Shown here: positions 25,931-38,900 of the stretch, piece after piece
Position numbering within the stretch: position 1 is the first letter of the stretch
Layout of the letters: every line of letters starts with the position of its first letter
Source: Callorhinchus milii
Lineage: Eukaryota
NCBI RefSeq assembly: GCF_018977255.1
Contig: NW_024704742.1
Location: 46,936,001 to 47,000,000, forward strand
Direction of reading: 5' to 3'
Length of the DNA stretch: 64,000 nucleotides
Translations under genes and position numbers: made by a program
The notes under the pieces: model-generated
Told to the model about the DNA's origin: nothing
Database searches by the model: none
The model's input: only the letters and a program-made list of their open reading frames with translations

Positions 25931-26296
25931 CATATGCTAACCAGCAGTCCAGTGCCCTGATATACAAGCTGGCTGTCAATGAGGTATAGTTATTGGCCTG
26001 GTACAGTTACATAATAATAATGCAGTATAGTTATTGGTCATGTCTAAAACTATATACTGTATTGTATATTGCCCTATATTTTACAGTGTATAGTTTGGGA
26101 CATAACATGAGCATGCGACTGCCATGATGGTGGAAGGTGAACTGGATGGACCTTGGTCTTCTTTAGCCTAGCAATTCTTATGTTCTTATGTTTTGTGGCT
26201 GGAACATCGAATCCAAGTGTTTTGTGGCGTCTCTGTCTCAATCAGATATCTGGACATCAAAAGAATGAATTGTGCAGGCCTTATCCTTCAACATTT

Positions 26297-27688
26297 TGCC
26301 AAAGAGTCTCAAAGCTGTTAACAAGACAGAGGGTCTAATTAGTTAGTATGTCAAGTAAGGGAAAGATATTGGCTTTGTAATTCATGTTTAATTTATCTTT
26401 AGAAAAAGTAATTTCAGAATTGAACAGCTCTTATGTTGTAATCTATGAGTTTGACTTTCTGTCAGTGCTACCCAACTCCACTCACAGCTCCAAGACAACA
26501 GACTGTGTCTGTTTTGCATTTGATAATAGTATCTGTCTCTGTCCCTCCTCTGCTGTCTTTACCTCAGTAAGGCACAGTTGAGATTTAACTCTCTTTGGAT
26601 TGTAAATCAAATAGCCTTTTCATATTCTCCCACTGAAGAGATCACGCAATTCCCCTGGCAATCTAATCTTATTTCCACACTAAAGCCCCATCCACCTTTT
26701 AACACTTTTAACACCTTTTAACCCACCTCCCCCCTCTCCACCCCTCTCCACCTCTGTCTAGTGAAATTGATGGTTGTAAAAACCCTCCTTGCCTTACCCT
26801 GTCAACAGGTCAATACACCCTTAGTATTATTATATAATAGGACTATTACTCCTCAGTGAGGCACTAGAATAGTCTCTTCAACCGTGCCTTCAGCTCCCCT
26901 CTCGACTCTCTACCCCCTCCTCACTCCCTCCCTTCCCTCCCCTCACCCTGACCATTTCCCCCCTGCTCGGGTCCCGACCAACTGCGCAGCGCCTTGGGAC
27001 GTCCTCCCGACGTGAAAGGCGCTCTATAAATGCAATCTTGTTGTTGTTGTTGTTGTAGATACTCCTTCAGTATTGAGTTCCTAGGACAATAAATCCTCAT
27101 TGAGGTGAGGTGAATTGAACTGCTTGATATTCCTGAGTGATGTGATATAAAAGGGCCATCAGATTCCCAAGCAGGGGCCGCTCAAGCTATTAACAAACAA
27201 TGCAGCTGCCGAGGGCAGCAGATTTCTGGGAGAAGCAAATTTTTGTTTGAATGATCGACTGGCAAAATTGAGACGGGTGGGGCTGTAGCGAATGCTAGTG
27301 CTGCTAGTGGCCTGTCGGAGTGTAAAGGTAAATTCATCACTTTTAAGTCGAAGCTAAAGCTATCGAAGGGGGTAGGAGCGGGGAGTGGCTTCTGTACCCA
27401 AGGCAAGGTGAGTAAGGTAGCGACGTCTCAGATGTCCCCTGCCAAAGTAAGTAACAAACAGCCAGATGAAAAACAAACATGGCCTATTATTAGAGTGCTG
27501 TGAAATGAGATCTGTAACACTGACGTTAAACGAAACTGATAGATTATAACATAGGAGCTGTTCAATCTTGAAATTACTTTTCAGAAAATCAATTAAATAT
27601 GAATTACAAGCGCAATAACTTTTTTATTTTTTGACATATTAACTAATTAGACCCTCTGTTTTGCTAACAGCTTTGAGATTCTTTGACA
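26297..27688. mobile_element. Putative non-autonomous DNA transposon / fold-back element with ~225-bp inverted arms
   Basis: 26300-26354 matches the reverse complement of 27631-27685 at 51/55. Similarity continues inward to ~26522 and ~27463. Confidence 0.75.
26874..27056 (+). mobile_element. Young L2 3' UTR fragment
   Basis: CAGCGCCTTGGGACGTCCTCCCGACGTGAAAGGCGCTCTATAAATGCAATC(TTG)n with CpGs intact. Confidence 0.93.
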
Positions 27689-28145
27689 TGACCAGTACAT
27701 GGCTTTAATGAGCAGATTTTCTATTATTATTCTGAGTGCAGTAACAGCAGCGATTGTGGAGCACACAGAGAACCTTAGACATGTCTGTTTTTATCGGAGT
27801 GAAAAAGCTTCAGTGACAAAACCTATCTTTATGCTAACCATGGCTCTTTGTCGTTAACTGCAGATAGTGCTCAAGATCTCAAGATCAATACAGCTTTTTG
27901 AAGCACCTCAAAAGCATGGAGCACCAGAAAGATCATACTGTCAAGCATTGAGCTATGACATACTGGGCTGCATTTTAACTACGCATATTCTCTGGTTTGC
28001 CTGGTTTTTTCGGGGGGTACAGGCCTAACACAAGCTGACTCAAAACTCACCCCCGAATAAGATCAGAAAAGCTTTTTGTCATTCAAAAATGGTCCTCGCT
28101 AAACTGGAATCCAAGATGGTGGTGGAGGTCTTTTCAGCTGAGGTT

Positions 28146-28305
28146 ACATAGAATTGCGTAGAGTGATATGGTATGGAAACAGGCATTTCCTCATTGTCCA
28201 AGCTTATGTTCATACTCCGTACTTGCCCCCACTTATTCCCCTCATTTATACCCTTCTGTTCCCTTCTCCCTCATGCATGCATCAAGGTTTCTCTTAAAAA
28301 CTTGC
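28146..28305 (-). mobile_element. CR1 3' end fragment
   Basis: ACATAGAATT...GGAAACAGGC...TATACCCTTCTGTTCCCTTCTCCCTCATG. Similar to 34770-34915. Confidence 0.6.
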
Positions 28306-28530
28306 AAAATCATTTAAAGTCAAGAAATGTTTCAATGGTATTCGTTAAATAAGCAGCCAAATGAGTTTAGGAATGCCACAATTTTGACCACAATGGTTGT
28401 TCAGTTTTTTTGGATAAACATAAGTTTGGCAAAAAAAACTTCTAGCCACATAAAGTAAAATTAATAATCTGCCGCACAGTACCTCTTCCAGGATGCTTTG
28501 TCGATCAAAGAGACATTCCCTCTGTTCCAT

Positions 28531-29727
28531 ACAACAACAACAGCAGCTTGCACTTGTATAGCTCTCTTCACACAGGCTAGCAGCTCAGAGCACTTAACAG
28601 TGGTGGAGCCTGACTCCGAGCCGGGAAGGGGAGGGGGAGGTGGTCGTAAGCATGGCTGAAGATGAAGGTTTTCAGGTGGTCAGGCGTGACTTCAAAAAGG
28701 GTAGCGAGGGGGCAAGGTGGAGGGATTGAGGGAGAGTTTTCCAGAGTTTCAGGGCATAGTGGCTGAAAGCACGACCTCCGATGGTGGGGCGGAGGGTGCG
28801 AGGGATGAGCTGGAGGTCAGTACCAGTCGAGCGGAAGTGCTGGGTGGTGGCTTGGGCAGTGAGGAAGTCGGAGAGGTAAGGAGGTGCCAGAGAGTGAAGG
28901 GATTTAAACACGAATGTGAGGATCTTGAAGTCGATCCATTCAGTGATGGGGAGCCAGTGGAGCCTGGCCAGAACTCGTGAGATGTGGGTACAAAGTTTGG
29001 TCCAGGTAAATATGCGGGCAGCAGAGTTCTGAATGAGCTGGATCTTTTGAATAGTGGAACTGGGGAGACTGGCGAGGAGTGGGTTTGAGTAATCCAGGTG
29101 GGAGGTGACAAACACATGCGCAAGGGTTTCGGCTGCATTTGGGGTAAGGTACCGTCAGAAGCGGGAAATGTGGTGGAGGTGGAAGAAGCTGGTCATGATC
29201 AGGAATCGGATGTGGGGGAGAAAGGACAGCTGGGGGTCGAACTGGACACCTAGATTGCACACTGGTTCTGTGAGTGTGAGGTAGAGTCCAGGGAGGTTGA
29301 GGAGTTCAAATCCACAGGAGTGAAGATGTTGACTGGAGCCAAGAAGTATGGCTTCCATCTTGTCCACATTCAGCTGCAGGAAGTTTACACTCATCCAGGC
29401 CTTGATGTCTGCCAGACAAGCTGATAGAACAGTGTCGGATCCGGAGTTGGCACTGGAGGAGGCAAAGTAAATTTGTGTGTCTTCCATATACATGTGGAAG
29501 TTTACCCCATGTCTGCGGATGACATCGCTCAGAGGGAGCATATAGATTAAAAAAAGGGGGCCAAGGATGGAGCCCTGGGGTACCCCACAGTTGATTGGGT
29601 GGGGGCACGAGGAGGAACTATTTGTCGAGATGAAATGGAGGTGGTTGGTTAAGTAGGACTCGAGCCATGCGAGTGTGGTCCCACTAAGGTAGATGAGGGA
29701 GGAGAGGCGGTGGAGGAGGATGGCATA
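28531..29727 (-). mobile_element. 5'-truncated L2 LINE
   Basis: Minus ORFs give GVPQGSILGP, FHMYMEDTQ, LQLNVDK, LHWLP and GGRAFSHYA. The tail is at 28531. Confidence 0.96.
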
Positions 29728-30994
29728 TAGTTTGCTATTCAGATAATTGTAAGTGATTAAAAAGGTATGGCCCCTCTCAATGATGGTTAAAACCTTGTCT
29801 GCCAACCTCCAATACACATTTGGCCAACAGTACAATTAATTTTGGATTTTTCAGCAGAGCAGGTTCCTGCTGCTGGTAAACTTATATGCTTTTACCATCA
29901 ATAATGGGAAGATATGATTGATTTAAGCAGACCACCTATGAATTTCAAAACAAAATGCCTCCACACAATTATTTCAAATAGAAACACAAGGTCTACCTGC
30001 ATGCTTTCTGTTTCATAAATCATTTTGAAGATATTAGTTATGGGCCATCAAAACTTAAAATTAAAGGTGTGTAAACAAGCAGACGTTTGCAGATATATTT
30101 ACCTATTAATGTATATTAAAATGATTGAATTACAATTTGTTTTCCAAATTTTTGATTCAAAATGCTAATGTCTGACACCACAGTTAATGGACGAAATCAA
30201 TCAAGCTGCAGAATGTGAGAAAGCCATTAGTGGGACACATGGTATTATGCACTACAGTACTTATAGTGACCATTTCAACATCATCTTCCATGGAAACAGT
30301 TACCTAGTGACAACTGCTTCGTAAATAGACCAAGCTGTTAACTTCATAGCCTTTTCTATCCCTGTAGTTTATTATTATCTGCCTTACAACTCTTCATTAA
30401 CACAAAGCCAAGTGTTCAAATTATATCAAACCCTCTAATAACTGACAATGACCTTGACAAGTCTGAGCAATAGGATGCACAGTTTTTGGAATAAATTGAC
30501 TGGCAGATTATTAATATAAAATACATAAAAATTACTGACTGGCAGCTTGGACTACGCTTGAAGCATAGCATAAATGATGAAAAACAATATGTGGAAATTG
30601 TAAAACAAAGACCTTGAAAGAGGAGGCAACATTAGCTGAAATCATTGGGAACCAGAATGAATCAAAACATGTTAATAAATCGCTAACATTTCCCTCTGTT
30701 TTGATAACCATAGGTGCACTAGATTCATTCTGGTCATTAGACTCCTTTCTGCAAGTTAATATATTGTACACATCCCTTCAAATCAAGCAATTCCACATGC
30801 AGTTAGGCCATATTGGCCAGAGTTATCCTTGTAGAGAATTTGTTTATCAGTTGAATCATTTCGAATTGTTGAACACGTCAGATAGAATTCCTGCTGTGGT
30901 GCAGGACAGCTGGACTTTCAATCAGAGCTGCCTCAAAGCAGAAGCAAAACATGAACCAGGAGGGGCTACTCCAGCTCCAGGCAATTTAATATCA

Positions 30995-31300
30995 CAATAT
31001 CACAAGATGAAGAAAGCCTTTTAGCCCATTTGCTCTCATTCTTTGGAATATCCACCTTATCTTCTTCCATTAAAATGCTTCTTGACTGATTGCAGAGTCC
31101 TGGCCAGGGTCCTTTCTGGTAATCTGTTTCTGCTGTCAATTAACCTCTGCATGAAGAAATAGTTTCTGTAGGTCTTTGGTTAAAACAAAATGTCTTCATA
31201 ACCTGTGCCCCCGTGTCCTGCTGGCATATTTGAGCATGTTGTTCTGGGGTTACTTACTTTACTCCAGTTGGCATCTTGTATCCCACAAAATGTTTTCAGT
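30995..31300 (-). mobile_element. Old CR1 3' fragment
   Basis: GATGAAGAAAGCCTTTTAGCCCATT..., TTAACCTCTGCATGAAGAAAT and ACCTGTGCCCCCGTGTCCTG. Confidence 0.65.
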
Positions 31301-31369
31301 GACTGGAAAAATTCTGTCGAGGTAACTAATTGTGCTAGCCTTTAGCTATTTTCTGCTGAGGGTCACTTC

Positions 31370-31775
31370 ATATTGCCCATCGTTCCCGTCTCCAAATGGA
31401 CTGATTTTAAGGTCCTCACCCTCACCTATAAATCTCTTCATGCCCTAAACATTTCCCATCTCTGTAATTTTGCTCCTTCCGCCTCTTCTGCTCAACCCAC
31501 TCCACCCAGTTAACTTGTGCTTTCTGTGTATCTCCTGACCATCGGCGATAGTCAAACTTTCAGCTATTATACCTTTAACCTCTGAAACTCCCTTCCTCCA
31601 CCCACCATCTCATGCCCTCTCTATCCGTCACTAAATCCAGCCTTAAAACCTACCTTTTTGTCCAAATCTATGACCACCCTCCCCCAACCCCTCTCTCGCT
31701 CAGATTCCAACACCATCTTTTAAAGCACTCTGAGACTTTATACTATAGGAAGGGTGCTACATAAAGTTGCTGATG
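31370..31775 (+). mobile_element. Old L2 3' fragment
   Basis: TTTTAAGGTCCTCACCCTCACCTATAAATCTCTTCATG (FKVLTLTYKSLH), CTTAAAACCTACCTTTTT and tail. Confidence 0.8.
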
Positions 31776-32669
31776 TATATGGTAGAGCAGAGAATGACGC
31801 CACAAAATTTGCATTTCAGACATCTGGAATCCCACCCACAGTGTAGAGATTGAAATCCTCACATTTACATCTGCTGCTGCTTTTAACAATGCCCGTCAGG
31901 TTTAGAAACAAGCTACATACTTTTCACATTGCCTTCCAACAGTGTGCCAGTTCTGGTTAATACAGTACATTTTATAATCTCCTTTTAGGTGGAAAACAAT
32001 TCCTCCACGTTTTAATTTCTCCCCAAACCCCATGAGCTCCATAACCAGTACAATGTCACCAAAGCAATCAATTTAATACTGTCTTTTCTATTGCTGTGAC
32101 TAAACTGTCTTCAGATCATTAATTTGGTTATCAAAGGCTTGGCAATGTTCCATTTAACTTCCTGATGGCAGAGACACATCTGTCAATGTATTTTGCCCTT
32201 TACAGAACTTGCACCTAAATAATCTGAAGTCAGTGTTTTGTTGCAGATAACTGCCCTAACATGGTAAATGTTCCTGAGTAGAGCCTGATGGATGTGTCAT
32301 CTTCATCCACTGCAAACCATTGCTAATGCGAGCACCACTTATTCGAGAACCAGAAATCAATGAGCAAGAACAATTTGAGTGTTCACAGACTTGAGTGTAG
32401 ACCTCTTGGTCCTTAATGTCCATCATACACCAATCACAAACAGTCGTCTTTGCAAAGGGATTTTTTGTTGGAAAGATGGAATGCAAAGATCACAATCAGG
32501 TTATGATAGAGTGAACCCATTGCGTTAATCCTGTGCAGGAGGTGGCTCAGTGGATAAATGCATTAACTCCAAACTGAGCAGGTTTGACCCCCACTCTGTG
32601 CTGAATTAGTTGATACTAGGGTGATGTGATGTTCTACGTAACTGGTCATGTGTAAACACATCATTGAAT

Positions 32670-33005
32670 ATTAGTCAAAATGCCATGTCAGAACTTGGAA
32701 GTCATATAGTCTAGGCTGATGCTCCACTGCAGTGATGGGGATGCGCTCAATTGTTTGAGGTATTGTCCTTCAGATGAGTGTTAAACCAAAGTCCCATTTG
32801 TGCCTTTTCAAGCAGATGTTAAAGATCCCATGGCAGAATTCAAAAAGAGTAGAATGCTTCTTCCAGTGTCCTGGCAAACAATCCCCAAAATAATGTTGTT
32901 GTGTTCAAATTGGCTGCCCGTTGGCCTTTAAAAACACAGTTATTGCACTTTGCAGTATTACCTGTGAAGCGATTTGAGACATCTCCTGATGTAAGGATTA
33001 TTATT
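32670..33005 (+). mobile_element. Old Deu-domain SINE
   Basis: TCTAGGCTGATGCTCC...GAGGTATTGTCCTTCAGATGAG...AAAGATCCCATGGC...GTGTCCTGGC and tail. Confidence 0.85.
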
Positions 33006-34194
33006 CCTATTATTTGATAACTAAAGATTCCCCATGGATGTGAACATACTCCCACCCACCCACTCCCTGATCTTGGTACAATGGTTGGGCTTAAAGCCTA
33101 AACCCTTTGATGGCCACCATTGGAGATGTCAGTCATGGCATCTGGGTGCTGCTTCACAGTGTACTGGCAAAGCTCAGATTGATGTTAATGTTTTGGGATA
33201 AACATGCATGTCCTGAAGGGTTCAGTGATTTTAAATTGAATTGAATATCAAGACTTGCTCAGTTCATCAGTCAAAAGAGTTCAGCATCATGAAGCTATTT
33301 GATGTTTACGCAATGTGGTCATTTTGTTCAATATAGATAATGTTGAAAAGGCAGCATTTTTGCAGTCCCCTAAGGAAACAACTACCAATCTGCCATTGCA
33401 ACCAATGTTTTGCTTTTAAGCTGTTTCTCAGCCAAAAATGGTCCCAAGAAGACAAGAGATCAGAAATCAAAACACCAATCTCAAGACAGGCTTTATCAGC
33501 TTTTAGCATTGCAAGTTTTTTTTAGCAAATGTTTTATTAAATTGTGCAATTTCATGCACAATATAAAAATCACAATTTGCGCTGCAACCTCAACATTGAG
33601 AGCCTATTCCTTAAAATGAATACCTCATTCAGCAAAACGAAATAGAACAATGAATGTGATGTTACATCATTTCCACAGCTCCACTTAAAATATCTGAGTA
33701 CATTATTTATTTTCTATGGCAACAGAAGTCAAATTTCAGCTATTGGATTCTGTAATTATCTGCATTGATTACCGACCAGATGTACAATAAAGATACAACA
33801 TTCCCCACAGTCAAAACTAATTGCAATGCTATTGTTACATGACCTAATATTTATAATAAATAAACTATTTATAAATTTATATCAATTATTCCTTACAGTT
33901 GGTACAATGCCTTTCACGTCAGGAGAATGTCTAAAAGTGTTTCAAAGTGAAGTTGTTCGACTGTGACTAGCTGGAGCCTATTTGTAGGCTAAAACACGTT
34001 GTAAACATGTCACAGTTTTACTTATTTATGTTGCAACAAAAATTAATGACAATATTTCAAAATAATAAATTTATCTATATATAAAACGTTAAAGGTTATA
34101 GCAGGATTTGAACTTGGTGTAGGCAACATCTCCAAACTGTTCTTATTTTTAACGAAAGCAATTTACAGGATTTTGCTCTCAGCATGAATCCATT

Positions 34195-34520
34195 TAGTGG
34201 GAGGACCTGGGTTTGATTCCCGGCAGTGCAAAACTTTGGGCAAGTTTCCTTACTTCATATGCCACCGTTTTACCTAGTAGTAAGTAGGAATCCAGTTGAT
34301 AATCGATCGTCGGATCGCTTTTCCGGGGGTAATAATCCCTTCAAGAAGAATAAAATAAATAATGGTGATTTGGTCACTCAGTGCATGACTGTTTGTGGGA
34401 TACTGCTGTACACAATTGGCTGCTGCATTTCACCCAAAAAATATGCAGTCAATTCACTTCTGTGAAGCACTTTGAGACATCTCAAAGACATAATAAGACG
34501 CTATACTAAATGCAAGAATT
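34195..34520 (+). mobile_element. tRNA-Ala SINE long form, decayed head
   Basis: TTGGGCAAGTTTCCTTACT...TTACCTAGTAGTAAGTAGGAA...CGGATCGCTTTTCCGGGGGTAATAATCCC. Confidence 0.9.
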
Positions 34521-35108
34521 TTCATTCAAAGTGTAGGCTCCAGCTGTTCACAGTGGAATGACCTGTAGAGAAAATGTATTACATATTCCTGAAGCATATG
34601 CCCCTGTACTGTAATGATTGCACAATGCATCCTTTCCAGTCAAGGTTACAATTAAGCCACAGCCAGATCGACTTAAGGTCCAAGGAAAAGCGAACCAAAA
34701 TAGACTGACATTATCCATTTGTAATTAATTCCCAAGGGGTTAAATTATAATCTTACTTCACTGACAGATTTTACATAGAGTTACATAAATCGTTACAGCA
34801 CAAAAACAGCCCATTCGGCCCAACCAATCCATATCAGTGTTTATATTCTGTAACAGACTCCAGCCCTGCTGATCCCATCTCCCATATCCCTCCATTCCCT
34901 TCTTCCTCATGTGGGCTATTTTATACTATTTATACTGTTCATAAAAAGTTTTATCGCAAAGCCAGGCAAAAGCCCACAGTGCAGGATATTGCATGGCTGA
35001 AAGGAATAGGAGAGAAGGTGAGTGGGAATTAGGTACCACCAAAGCATAGGGTTTGTAAGCCTGTAGATTGCAGGGAGAGTGAAGATTGACAGAATTAAGG
35101 CTCACCAC

Positions 35109-35402
35109 AATAATAATCCTTGCATTTGATAAAGCGCTTTTTCACGTCTTCTGGACGTCTCAAAGCGCTTCACAGAATAGACTGTAAAGTGAATTGACTG
35201 TATATTTGTGGATGAAACACAACAGCCAATTGTGCACAGCAGTGTCCCACAAATAGTCGTGGATTGAAGTGACCATTTTTTTTTGAAGGATTATTATCAG
35301 ACGTGTGGAGTAAAGAAACTTGCCCAAGGTTTTGCCCTGCCGGGAATCAAACCCCAGTCTCTCGCTTGCGAGGCGAGTGCTCTAACCACTGAGTTGCAGG
35401 AC
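35109..35402 (-). mobile_element. tRNA-Ala SINE short form with older-type tail loop
   Basis: Minus strand CTCCACACGTCTGATAATAATCC junction; tail GAGACGTCCAGAAGACGTG. Confidence 0.93.
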
Positions 35403-35992
35403 AATCTTGAGATCCTATAAAAGAATGACTTAGACTCAGAAATGTATACTCACATTCTAAGTCATTTTGATTGATTTGAAATTCCCTTAATGATTATGTC
35501 TTTCTATTACAAAATATCCAAAAGCATGCAAAGTGTGAAATCACAAATCATCACTAGCTACACAAATCAGGGACTCTTTGATTGCCAAATACTTCCATAT
35601 AACTAATTTGTAATAGTGAACAAGCATTCTGTATGCTTGTTTTCCATTTAAAATATAATTTTATGCTTGCAACATTTTTTTTACAATTTTCTTTTATGTA
35701 AATGACTGATATGGATCCAATTGACAATCAAAACTGCTGAATATACAACCATTCACTTATGATAATGTCTCAGAGTGCTTCATATAGATGGAGTCAGATG
35801 CTAAGTAATGGAGGGGAAGGAGAAGGAGCAGGAGGAGGAGGTGGCCATGATGCTGACCCTCAGGTAGGAATCAAAGACAAATAGAAAGAAGGCAAGACGG
35901 AGGGGTAGAGGGAGGAAGTTTTATAGGTTATTAATGCCACAGCCTTCTGACTCAGAGGCATGAGAGCTACCAACTGAACCAGGCTGACAGCT

Positions 35993-38900
35993 AATGAAGG
36001 AGGAGAGGCAATTAAAGAGGATAAAGTGATCAACATTATGAAAAGCAGCAGAGAGGTTTAGAAGGACAAGGAGGCAGAGGGAGCCAAAAGACCATAAGAC
36101 GTAGGAGCAGGAGTAGGCCATTCAGCCCCTCGAGCCTACCCCACCATTTAATAAGATCATGGCTGATCTTCTAACCTAATTCCATTTATCCACCCTGTCC
36201 CCATATCCCTTAATTCCTCTATGCTTATTAACCTCGGTCTTGAATATGTTCAAGGACTGAGCATCCACAGCTTTCTGGGATAGAGAATTCCACAAATTCA
36301 CTACCCTCTGAGTGAAGAAATATTTCCTCAACTCAGTTTGAAAAGGCTGACCCTTAATCTTCAGACTATGACTCCTAGTTTTAGATTCTCCAACCAGGGG
36401 AAACAGTCTCACAGCATCTACTCTGTCAAAACCCTTAAGAATCTTATAGATTTCCATAAGATCACCTCTAATTCTTCTATATTCTAGAGAATATAGGCCT
36501 AGTTTACTCAACCTATCCTCATAGGTCAACCCCCTCATCCCAGGAACCAACCTAGTGAATCTACGCTGCACCCCATCTAAGGCGAGAATGTCCTTTCTTA
36601 AATAAGGAGACCAAAACTGCACACAATATTCTAGGTGCAGTCTCACCAAGGCCTTATACAACTGCAGCAAGACTTCCCTTCTCTTGTATTCTAACTCTTT
36701 TGCAACAAACACCAACATGGCATTAGCCTTCCTGATTGCTTGCTGTACCTGCAAACTAGCTTTTTGTGACTGGTATACAAGTACACTCAAATCCCCCTGA
36801 ACACTAGCACTACCTAATCTTTCCCCTTCTAGAAAATAATCCGCTTTTCAATTTTTACTACTGAGGTGAATAACTTCACACTTCTCCACGTTATACTCCA
36901 TCTTCCACCTTCTTGCCCACTCACCTAGCCTGTCTATTTCCCTTTGCATTCTTCATGTGTCATCCTCACAGCTTACTCTCCCACCTATCTTCGTATCGTC
37001 CGCAAATTTAGATATGTTAAGTTCTATTTCCTCATCTAAATCATTGATATAGACTGTAAATAATTGAGGCCCAAGCACTGATCCTTGTGGCACTCCACTA
37101 GTCACATCCTGCCAATCTGAGAAGGACCCATCTGTCCCTACTCTCTGTTTTCTTCCTGTTAGCCACTCTCCAATCCATGCTAATATATTACCTTTAATTC
37201 CATGGGCTCTAATCTTACACAACAGCCTTTTATGTGGCACCTTGTCGAATGCCTTCTGGATATCCAAATACACCACATCTACTGGTTCCCCTCTATCTAA
37301 CCTGCTAGTTACATCCTCAAAAAGCTCTATAAGATTTGTTAAACATGATTTCCCTTTCCTAAAGCCATGTTGACTCTGCCTAATCATGTTATGATTTTCT
37401 AAGTACCCCACAACAACATCCCTAATTAAGGACTCCCACCCTTCTTAAATATCGGCATTACATTTGCGATCTTCCAATCACTGGGAACCATTCCAGAATC
37501 CAGGGAATTTTGGAAGATCAAAAACAAAGCATCCACTATCTCTGCAGCCGCCTCTTTTAGAACCCTAGGATGCAGGCCATCAGGTCCATGGGATTTATTG
37601 TTTTTTAATCCTATCAATTTCTCTAGTACTTTTGCTTTACTGATGTTCATTCCTTTAAGTTCCTCACTAACATTAGCCTCCAGGCTCCCCTCTATTTTCA
37701 GTAAGTTTTCAGTGTCCTCTAATGTGAAGACAGAAGCAAAGCATTTGTTTAATGACTGCCATTTTTTTATTCCCCGTTATAATTTCTCCTGTCTCTGCCT
37801 GCAATGGACCCAAATTCACTTCTGATAGTCTCTTCCTCTTTATGTACTTGTAAAAGCTCTTACAATCTGTCTTTATGTTCCTAGCTAGTTTACCCTCATA
37901 TTCCATTTTCTCCCTCTTAATCAGTTTCTTGGTTTTCCTTTGCTGATCTCTAAAGCTCTCCCAATCCTCAACTTTACTGTTCTTTTTGGCAGTATTATAA
38001 GACTCTTCTTTTAATTTTAAACTTTCCCTAACTTTTCTAGTTAGCCAAAGTTGAAACACTTTTCCCGTGGTATTTTTATTTTTCAAGGGAATATGTGATC
38101 GCTGGGAATTATGTATTATATCTTTAAATGTTTACCATTGCTGGTTTACCATCATATTTTTTAATCTAATTTCTCAGTCTATTTTAGCAAAATCTTCTCT
38201 CATACCTGCAAAGTTGGCTTTATTTAGATTTAAGACCCTTGCTTTGGATTCAACTGTATCACTCTAAATTAATATTAAATTCCCTCATGTTATGGTCACT
38301 CTGCCCGAGAGGAGCCTTAACTTCCAGATTGCTGATTAGCCCTATTTCATTGCACAAAACAAGATCTAGGATAGCCTGTTCCCTAGTTGGTTCCTCGGTA
38401 TATTGTTCTAGAAAACTATTTCTAATGCATTCTATAAACTCATCCTCTAATTTACTTTTGCCAATTTGATTTTCCTAGTCTATGTGAAGATTGAAATCAT
38501 CCACTATTAGTATATTCCCCTTGCTACATGCTGGTGACAGAGATAAGAGTATTTTACTGGTAACTGATAAGGGCTGACTTACTGGATGGAAGCTGGACTG
38601 GAAGAACTCGAGTAGGGAAGGAGGGAAAGGTGGGAGCGAAATTGAGTGGCATCAATACATTCCAGGACTTTTGAGAGGAAAGACATGTTGGAAATGGGTG
38701 GGGGGTTGGAGAGTTTGGAGGGATCGAGGATGGATTCTTTGAGGATGGGCAGGTGACAATGATGAGTTTGAAGGTGAGGGGAGCAGTTGTGAAAGAGAGG
38801 GACAGGTTGACTATATCCAGCAGGGGAGCAGAGAAGGATACCGGGGTGATCAACAGGTAGGTTGGGAGGGTGGGTCAAGGGTCTCGGTGACAGGGTTCAG

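Noticed and set aside
30532..31024. Overlapping 79-aa and 136-aa ORFs in unique sequence
   Set aside because: No recognisable domain and a weak donor. The region contains a 13-bp inverted repeat (ACCAGAATGAATC/GATTCATTCTGGT) suggesting a non-coding hairpin or MITE remnant.
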